From NCBI GenBank assembly GCA_002269645.1, contig NIVC01000991.1, forward strand, positions 124,001 through 188,000: DNA of 64,000 nt, in the 5' to 3' direction. This DNA comes from Macrostomum lignano. Taxonomy: Eukaryota. Numbering within the stretch: position 1 is the stretch's first letter; each line of letters begins with the position of its first letter. Below are positions 55,629 to 64,000 of the stretch, piece by piece. The translations under genes and the position numbers were made by a program. Under the pieces are notes generated by a model that was not told the DNA's origin, did not search any database, and saw nothing but the letters and a program-made list of their open reading frames with translations.

Positions 55629-56057
55629 CTACTTTCGCTGCTGCTGCTGCTTCTGCTGAGCCGGCAGTCTTCGACCCTGTCGACCAACGCTGACAATCGA
55701 CGATACGGCCGATCGAATAGCAGCTAGAGCAGCCGTAGCCGAGGCACGTCGCTGGCTGCTGCTGCTGCTGCTGCTGTCGACGACCGCCGCGGCCGCAGCC
55801 AACCTAGCCGGATCGGCACTGTCATCGGCATCCACCGGGAGAGCAGCAGCAGCAGTGGCTGATGATGCAGGCGGCCGTTGCTGATGAATGGCTGCGACGG
55901 TGGTGGCCTTGGCTGACGACTGAGATGCGGCGGCGGTGGTCATCGTAGCGGTGGCGGCCCTTGCTCGCTTTGCAGTCGGCGGCTTACTACTATCATCTCC
56001 TGATGCTGGCAACAGTAGACTTCGTAGTCTTCTCGCTTTGTTTGAATCACGACTCAT
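55629..56057 (-). CDS. Low-complexity Ala/Ser-rich ORF, 142 aa, function unknown
   Basis: GC-rich island in AT-rich flanks with an ATG start and a basic PPTAKRAR segment. It lies head-to-head with the gene at 56474. No domain was recognised. Confidence 0.5.
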   Translation of the reverse strand: MSRDSNKARRLRSLLLPASGDDSSKPPTAKRARAATATMTTAAASQSSAKATTVAAIHQQRPPASSATAAAALPVDADDSADPARLAAAAAVVDSSSSSSSQRRASATAALAAIRSAVSSIVSVGRQGRRLPAQQKQQQQRK

Positions 56058-56473
56058 TTGATACTAAATACTAGTAGATGCTTAAAATATATTAATAAAA
56101 AATGTACAAATTGACTTTAATTATACTAAAAATCTAATATACTAAAAATGAAAAAAATGCTTGCTTGCTCGTTTGCTCGCTTGGGTTGGTTTTGGAGTGG
56201 AGCGGTGAAATGCATGCATTGGCTCGGAAGAGGGGGTGTGATGCGTGAATCCCACCAATGATCGAAGTTGATTTGTCCCATTTGGGACGAATTTGTCCCC
56301 ATTGGCTCCGCATTTAAGGAGCGAAAAGCAAAACTTCTGGTTTGATATATATCCCATCTATTCTTGGACGGACCACCTCTTAGCAAAGTCACGGTCTAAA
56401 TCTTAGCTTTACACTCCGCTTTCACATCTTAATCATAAGCTTTTCCAGCTGCATTATTATTTTTCACGACGAT

Positions 56474-58388
56474 ATGGAGGTTATTGAAGTGCCCTCTTCT
56501 TCTGTTTTTCTTGGAGAAGAGCAGCACTACACACGCGACGATTGGCTAAATCTTCCAAGGTATTACGAAACACCAATCGAGTGTAAAGTTTTATACAACG
56601 ACGAGCTGTACAGCGCCACAGTGCTGCAAATTATTTTGGCAAAGGTGGATATGTCTGATTGTGTTAGGCGACTGCGAGATTTGGTCTTTCTCAAGAAGAA
56701 AAAAATTCCATATCTGCTGTCTGCTGTCATTCGGGTGAACGCTGCTACACGGAACCGCTTTCCGAACTTTAATGTAAGTTGCTGATATTTATATGCTATA
56801 CATTTGCTGAATATGATTTTATGTCAGATGTAGATTTGACGGCAGATTTTGGCATGTCTGCCAAAATTATACAACTGAAATACTCCCTTCAAATTACACA
56901 CAGTTCTACGCTGCTACTAATAAGTAGCAATAAGTGGACAACCAGCTTAAAATACAATATATTTGTTCCCAAACGACTTTCCAGACCATTGAGACATCAG
57001 CCTGCGAGAGTGCGGCCAGCGAAAGCGAAGCAGAGGAAGTCACAAAGCAGAAGCAGAAGCAGATGAGGCAGTGTCAGGCCAATGCTGAGGAGGAGGACGG
57101 TAACGAAGAAGCCCCATCACTCGTGCCGCCACCATCTGCATCCGGGTTATCAACGCCTATTGCAACGCTTTCTCGCTCGACAGTCTGTGATGCATCGTCA
57201 ACAGTGGCAAAGCATCCGGCCTGCGAAACAGGACAGTGCACGCCTGCTAATCCACTTCCAAGAGCGGCGACAGGTAGCAGAGCGAGTGACACTGAACTCT
57301 CACTTTCCCGAAGCCTTCATGCCAGTCAGCTGGGACACTACGAGGACCTCGTCAAGTCCAAGACGGGGCACTCCTTCGAGAGCAAAGCGGGTCGTGCCTG
57401 CATGCAAATGGCAACATTGCGACACGCATGCGCCATAGATGACCGACTTGGTCGACTCGAGAAAAATTTGCTTCCGCGACTGATGTCCATGGTCGAGCAG
57501 CTTACAACGCAAGTGGCAGCCCTGGAGATTCAGAACCGCCAGCTGCTGCGCAACCGTGGTACTGCTCAGCAGGAGACCGAGGATCCGAGGAGGACCAACC
57601 TGACTCCTATCGACTCGTGGGCCGAGTACGCCGCCTTCATAACATCTAAGGCCGTACAAGATAGACTCGTGAGTCAATTTTTAAATGAATTATGACTTTC
57701 TAATTTAACGTAAATGTCTTTCAGTATCCTTAGGGCAGGCTCTGATATCAATATGTTTTTTATTAAATGCGAATATATTGTTACATCAGCAAAAGTAAAT
57801 ACCTATATAGATGTTCAAATATAAGCGACGCGGTTAAGAAGACGGGTCACTTTAACCTTTACTATTCTGATAGATGCCACATCTCCGTGGATGTCGCTCT
57901 GGAACGGTGCATGACACATTGAAGAGAATGATCGAAAAGTGTCTGTCAACGAAGATGCAGCTTTGTGTCAACTTCAGCGGGAGAGGAATGCAGCAGCGAT
58001 CACAGCTGGATTTATCAGATGTGAAACTGGGCTTTCGCAACGCACTGCCACTTTTTCAAGGTAAGTGAAATTGACATTAAATATAATCCTTTCTCCAGTC
58101 AACTCACAATAAAGCTTAGTGCAACTGGAAAGCGTAAAACTCTAAACCTTTCTCCCCTTTGATGCTGTCGCCACGGTCTATCCAGACATCACAAAGAGGC
58201 CATCCGAGAGGGAGGTCGAGCTAGGGATCATGACAGTCCTGAAGCATGCGGCCGACCGTGAAGCGGCCAAACAAAGGCGACGGCAAACGCTTCCTGCTGC
58301 TTCAACAGCTGCCTGTGGCGAAGACCAGCCGGCGAGATGTGAGAAGAGGATACGACCTGACAGTTCTTCGGATGAGGAGAATGTGTAG
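56474..58388 (+). CDS. DUF4806-like domain protein, ~465 aa
   Basis: Proposed exons 56474-56773, 56985-57668, 57874-58060 and 58162-58388. A coiled coil (IDDRLGRLEKNL...VAALE) is followed by LTPIDSWAEY...GTVHDTLKRMIEKCLS...NFSGRG...KLGF...LKHAADR. The last acceptor reads TG instead of AG. Confidence 0.65.
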
Positions 58389-59736
58389 ATGGGATTTTAA
58401 AACTTTATTTTCTAAAGCCAGAAATTTTTGTATCAAAATTTGTTTGCCTTTTGCTGGTCACTTAATTATTCTAGAAGAACTTATATCATGTGTAAATAAT
58501 GTTGATGGATTGGAGAAGACTGCCATATAGTATATTTGAATAGCCTATAGCCTAGTTTATAACTATAATAGCAGAAAACATTAGATGGGGCATATACAGA
58601 AACAGACTGCTTAAATTTTGTACTTAAGGATAATTACGGAATAGAATGTTACATACACTGCTCACAATAGTTGAATGAGTCTAGCATTGATGCCGTTTGA
58701 TAATTTTCTACCAAAGAGTTCTTAAACTAATTAAACAAGTTTCGGGGTAGATATTCGTCCCGAATCGGGGAATACCCGGCTGAGTCCGGGTTCCTCTTGC
58801 TCCTTGTGCTACTCTCCAACCCCTTGGCCTGGCCCTCTATATACGACGTAGAGCTGGATAGCAAAAAAAGCCTTGATTCTTGCAGCCCTATAGGTAGACG
58901 GTCTTTCTGCCTGTTAGGAGACTCGCCCATCGCATTGCAATAAGCTTCCAGCTCGCTCCAATAGATAAGCCTTTTTCGTAGACTAGGATATTTCCTCTCT
59001 CGGACCGCTTAAGCATACCAATATTGTTTAGAGCTGGGTATTGAAGAAGCCTTGAGGGGGGCTCGCAGCCCTATAGGAGGGTTTTGGTTGGGGACCTCTT
59101 GATAGGAGACTCGCCCTTGGTGTTGGTAAAGAAGCTGCCCAGAATTGCCCCAAAATTAAGCCTTCTCTGTAGATTTCGGGTCTCCCCACTCTCGGACCAC
59201 TTTAAGTAGTATTTCAAACATTTTGCAATCTTTTTTTGCGCGCACTTCCTAAGATTTGTCTGCTGGGGGTGGCTTGGATGGACTCAGTCTTAGCACTGTC
59301 CCTGATTCCATTGTTGGTCAGCGGTGTCTTAGTCCATAGGTTTGGGTTAGTAGCTCTAATAAGGTTATTCTCGTGGCCATGAGGCCAGGACCCAATTTGG
59401 GCCACTCTATATGCCCCTGGTAGATAGGCCCCCATTTTCTAGCGGCAGAGCCTTTCCCTGGGCTGATCCGCGGAAGCCCCCTAGGCTACCCACCCTCGTT
59501 TAACAACAACAAGTAAACAAGTTTACAGTTTTATTAGTGTGTAAACACATCTATTAGGATAGCTAGCTAACGGTTTTAGCTGTAGGTTATATACAAAGGC
59601 AAATAAACAATTTTTTTGCTCTGTGCTATTCGTCGACTCTTCAAAAACTGTGTAAACTGACAAAGTATAATTATTGCTATGCGTTTTTAAATTGCGGACA
59701 TCAGCTTTATTTATATTTGTATCGTTTGATGCATAT

Positions 59737-61499
59737 CTTCAGTTGCCGAGCCGTTCTTGGTCTTGGCCAGGTCTGAATTGCCTCAATCTTAGCTGGATCG
59801 GTCTTAATGCCGTCCTTAGTTACCACATGTCCCAGGTAGTTTAGACTTTCCCGAAATAGATGGCACTTCTTGCCTTTGAACTTTAAGTTAGCTTCTTGGA
59901 CTCGCCTAAATACTTCTTCCATATGCTGCAGGTGGTCGTTGAACTTCTTAGAATAAACGATTACGTCATCCAAATATGCGATTGCACTTTGTAGGCGATC
60001 CCATTGAGCACAGCATTCATAAGCCGCATGAAGCTGGCTGGCGCTGAACTTAGTCCCATTGGCATGACGTTATAGGCGAATTGTCCGCGGTGCAGCGTAG
60101 CGAAAGCTGTCAGGTCTTGATCTTCTGGACGCAGAGGGATTTGGTAGTAGCCGCTATTGAGATCAAACGTGCTAAATAGCTGGCTCCCTTCGAGGCTGGC
60201 GAATGCTTCTTGGATGTTAGGAATCGGGTACGGAAAGTACTCACACTTTTGATTCAGACTGCGGAAATCTTGTACAATTCTCAGGCTGCCGTCCTTCTTC
60301 GGGATGATCACCAGCGGGGTGTTGTAGCTGGAGAAGCTCGGTCGAATCACGCCTTTGGCGAGAAGGTCGTCAAGAAGCTGATCCACCTTGGGCAGCAGAT
60401 GTGGCGGGATCCTTCGCGTCGGGAGATGCACCGGGTTAGTGTCCTTTAGCACAATACTGTGGGTGACCAGGTGAGTTCGGCCGAGATCGTGTGGCCCCTG
60501 GGAGAAGATATTCTTGTACTTCTTCAATAGCTCGATGACTTGAGCGCGCTGGTCACTGGACAGATCTTCGCTGATGTCGATCTCCTTGATCCACGCGTCG
60601 GGATCCTCGTCCTGCACTTGGTTGACAGAGGCTTCTGGCTTCGGCAGTGGGAAGAAATGCAACTCGGGCAGTCTGATTGGTCTCGCAATCCCGACTAAGG
60701 CATTCGCTCGCACTTTAATTGATGTTGTTCCGCGATTAATCATTTCGATAGCACCTTCTCCGTTCGCCATTGATATTAGGGCAGGCGCGGCGTCCAGATG
60801 CTGCACATCGTCTTCGCGACGAGCCGGTTTGAGCGGCTCGATCACGGCGGGTGTACCTTGATTCTCTTCCCGTCCTTTAGCTAGTTTAATCTTGATTCGG
60901 GCTGATGATAGCGGCGGCACAGTCGTGCTCTCGGCCGTGTAGATTCTGCACGTTGTCGCTTCGGCTCGCGTGTAGCGGAGTGGCGCGGCAGTGCCGTCCT
61001 TGAAGTACAGCATCCCGGCTGCGAGATCTAGAGACTTGCTGTACTTCTCCGAGAACTCGAAACCCAGGATGTTGTCATGAGATCCCTTCGCTAGCAGAAA
61101 CTTGACTGTTGGCTCGAAATTACCAATCTTCACTTTGATAGACAGTTGGCCTGCCATCTGAATAGGTTCGCCATTGTAGGTCACAATGCGCTGCAGGCAG
61201 GGCTCGATTTGGCCACGCAGGGTCGGGTCATCGGTACATAGTCGGTGCCAGGTGCTGAATCCGAGGACTTCGCACTTGGACCCGGTGTCAAGCAGAAAAG
61301 CAAAATAACGACCCTGAATCTCACCAGTTAGAAACGGATCCCTTCGAGGTCGCTTGGGTGCAAATGTCTGTACAGGTGCGGCGGAGGCGGTCTCAGCAGT
61401 GGCCTGCTGAGCGACTAAAGTCCTCGGCGGGGACTTTAGTGCTGGCGCGGCTGCTGGATGGCGCTGCCCCCGATGGCGCGTCCAGCCGTCCCGTTTCCC
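59737..61499 (-). CDS. Gypsy Pol (protease, linker, RT; truncated; one 1-bp frameshift near 59990)
   Basis: LLDTGS, PLVIIPKKDGSLRIVQDFRSLN, DLNSGYYQI, MPMGL, and YLDD after restoring one A. Confidence 0.92.
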
Positions 61500-62862
61500 G
61501 AGCTGCCGTTGCGCTGGGACGCGGTGCTGGCCGACCGTCGGTGCGGGCACTCGTCGGCGCGGTGCTCGCGATTGCACCTGTAACACATGGCACTCTGCCG
61601 CCGTAGCTGATAGGGCGGCGGGCGCGAACTCGACTGCGGCTGCCGCTGCTGCTGTTGCTGCTGCTGCTGCTGGTGCGGCTGCTGCGGCTGTCGACGTTGA
61701 CCTCCTGCTGGCGGCGTCCTTGGCGGCGGATTGCTGCCATCTCGCGGTTGCTGAAGTCGATGGAACTGGTCATGCTGCACGTGGCGTGTGCCGGGTGTCG
61801 TAAATTGGGCGCTTCCGTCGGCGCTGCGGCGAGGAGTCGGAGGTACCAAACATCTGGAGCGTTGGCCCCACGAGTCCCGCGGCTGGTGGCGAGCTGGTTC
61901 CCATGGCTCCGGGTGTCGTTATCGCGCGACCCCCGCGAGTAGAACTCTCGCATTTCGTTGCTCAAAGTCTCCAAAATTCGTCGCTGCTCTTGCAGAGTCT
62001 CGGCTTGTTGTTCCATCACTTCCCGCAACCAATTTTCCTCGGGCCGAGATGACTTGGCGTCGTGTTGCACCCCAGTGGGCGTCTGACTGTCGTCATCCTC
62101 GAGGACCCGAACGTGTCTCGCTGCTGGCGGCGGTGCTACTCGCTGAGCCAGGCTAGCTGCTGTCTCTAGGCGTAGCACAGCCCTTCTCGCGGCGGTCAGA
62201 CTCGGCGGCCGTACCAGGATTAGCTGCTCTCTGGCTGACTGGGCGATTCGCACCCCCACGGTGAACTGGTCCACTAGCTCGGCCTGCTTCTGAACCGGGG
62301 TGAAGTGTGGAAATGCTCTATCAGCCAGAGCAATTAGCCGATCTCCGTAGTCGTCAACGCTCTCATTCTTGCCTTGCTGGCAGGACCGGAATTGCTCGCG
62401 ATACTCCAGCGTGTCGGCCACGTGCGTGAAGCGCTCAGACAATCGCTGTTTGAACTCGTTGAACGTCAGATTGTCTGGCAGCTCCATCCTGACGACTGCG
62501 GGATAGGTTGTGGCGATGTCCAAGTTTACTAGGACTTCCGCCTTCTTACGTCTGTCGTCCACGATCCCGTTGAGCTCGCAACGCTCCTCGAGAGCTTGGA
62601 TCCAGACGTCAAAGTCCTGGTTCGGGGTGTACCGCTGAATCTTGACCGGTTTCGGCGCTGGAGCTCGGTCAGGCTGTTGGGGCGGCTGATACACGTGATG
62701 ATGGTGTTGCGGCTGTCCCAAGTTGGCCTGCTCCAGGCGCCGGCGCACCTCTTCGGTCACCGCACGGATCATCTCGTCGTACGTCGGTCTCGTCGCTGAA
62801 TTGTCGGGGCCTGCGGCGTCAGCTGTCGCGTCCGCGGCCGTTGAATTAGTAGTTGAAGCCAT
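61436..62862 (-). CDS. Gypsy Gag with a CCHC knuckle (one 1-bp frameshift near 61850)
   Basis: The capsid-like region (FRSCQQGKNESVDDYGDRL, DQFTVGV) joins the CYRCNREHRADEC frame if one T is restored in gtttgg. Confidence 0.88.
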
Positions 62863-64000
62863 AACGTAGATTCTGAACGACTCGTCGAATGGGTTTTGGC
62901 GTTTCGTAATCCCACTTAGCTGACACCAGTGAGGTGGGGGGGAGAAAAGAAAAATTTATTGTCTTATTGAGCTTGGAGCGGTTTTCTTTAAACTTTAAGC
63001 TGCCGCCTTCGTGATCTTCGGCACTTGTAAAGCCGGAAAAATTTGCAGAAAAATCGGACGCTTTTCTCCTGTTTTACTCCGACTGCCGGGTTCCTCAGGT
63101 CCGGGGGGAGGGTAGGCGTAATCGTAGCAGAGCGGTCGTTAGAGCGGCACGGTCGTTCAGATGGTAGACACCGTAGATTTCGACACCGTAGAATTTACGC
63201 GTTGAATGTGCTGGTCGGCTTACTTTCAGTAGGGTAGAGCTGCCACCACCGTAATTTACGTATTACGGAACGTTGAAGTCTCAGACTTTCTTTGAGTTGA
63301 GAACTTGTTGTTTTACGCCCCACGGGCAAATAACTTAATATAGACTAACGAGGCTTCAGTTAATTATTAGGAAAATTAATAGCCGACTGTTTACGGTTTT
63401 ATTAAGTAGACAAACGGTAGTAATTAAGTGTTGATGCGACAGAGAGCTAGTTACGATCGATGAAATGGATCCGGCGTGCCGGGGTGCTAAACTAACAGCT
63501 AATTAAAAGTTAAACTCAAAAGGATGAGTGGAGGAGAAACTAAACAGTAAAAGTTAGAAAAGTTAGGAAAACAAAAGTTAGGAAAAACAGGTTAGTAAAC
63601 GCTGCGATATCGCATTGACTAAATAGTACACGGAGAAGTTAGGACACAAGTTGGGGTGAACAAAGGCCAACGCTGGGATCAGTTACGGGATCCAGCGGTG
63701 GTGCATCGATTGGAAAAACAAAAATTGAACAAAAAAATAAGCAAAGTAAATTAGGCACGGGGGTGGGGCAACAGAAGGGACCACAGACGGGGAAAGGACA
63801 AACCACACAAGGGCGCAACCGCGGGACCAACCAAAGGGGCAAACCCGGGAACGAAAGATGGCGGGACACGTCATTTCGCACCTCATGGTGGACAAAATGG
63901 GCCTAACCCGGGGACAAAACAAAAAACACCGGTGGTAGCCCACCTACCACACTATATTCTTTGTAACGAAAAACAATGGGAAAATCATGATAAAATAAAA

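Larger units (their letters stand above)
59737..63951 (-). mobile_element. Young, 3'-truncated Gypsy LTR retrotransposon
   Basis: 5' LTR ~62930-63951 (TG...CA, with AATAAA near its 3' end). PBS TGGTGTCAG(CT)AAGTGGGATT (tRNA-Leu type). Gag, then protease and RT. The element breaks off after WPRPRTARQL, with no RNase H, integrase or 3' LTR. Confidence 0.92.

Noticed and set aside
40790-55640. ORF 55629-56057 as a distant first exon of the RGS gene
   Set aside because: The only donor-like site is weak, and its phase is incompatible with the acceptor upstream of the RGS ATG.
59460-59485. Helitron 3' end (hairpin plus CTAG)
   Set aside because: The hairpin nearly abuts CTAG, the next base is G rather than T, and no 5' TC end or Rep/helicase is seen.

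Overview
Eukaryotic (animal) genomic DNA with GC-rich exons, AT-rich spacers and a different minisatellite in almost every intron. The style resembles a Macrostomum-like flatworm; that assignment is inference only. Host genes reconstructed by hand from splice sites and reading-frame continuity: an 8-exon OCRL/INPP5B-type inositol 5-phosphatase (-, 6720-15201, one 1-bp frameshift); a decayed PAN-like plus ALK/LTK-type glycine-rich gene (+, ~17.2-19.5 kb); an intronless TMEM272-like membrane protein; a 2-exon class II aldolase-fold protein with a C-terminal tail anchor; a 5-exon protein with four ZAP/PARP12-type CCCH modules between an RD/RGG-rich head and an RS-rich tail; a 4-exon R7-family RGS protein; and a divergent pair made of a low-complexity ORF and a DUF4806-like gene. 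Mobile DNA includes a Tc1 remnant, a solo LTR inside a minisatellite, a tRNA-derived SINE, an old full-length Gypsy element (42746-50093) carrying three nested DNA-transposon MITEs and a strong C-to-T signature, several more MITEs, and a young 3'-truncated Gypsy element (59737-63951) with a candidate -1 frameshift signal. There is no CRISPR array, rRNA or functional tRNA. The best novelty candidates are the tail-anchored prokaryote-like class II aldolase, the ZAP-like RS/RGG protein, the CpG plus CpA decay of repeats, and the one-private-minisatellite-per-intron architecture. Several 4-to-3 homopolymer deletions suggest residual long-read assembly errors.
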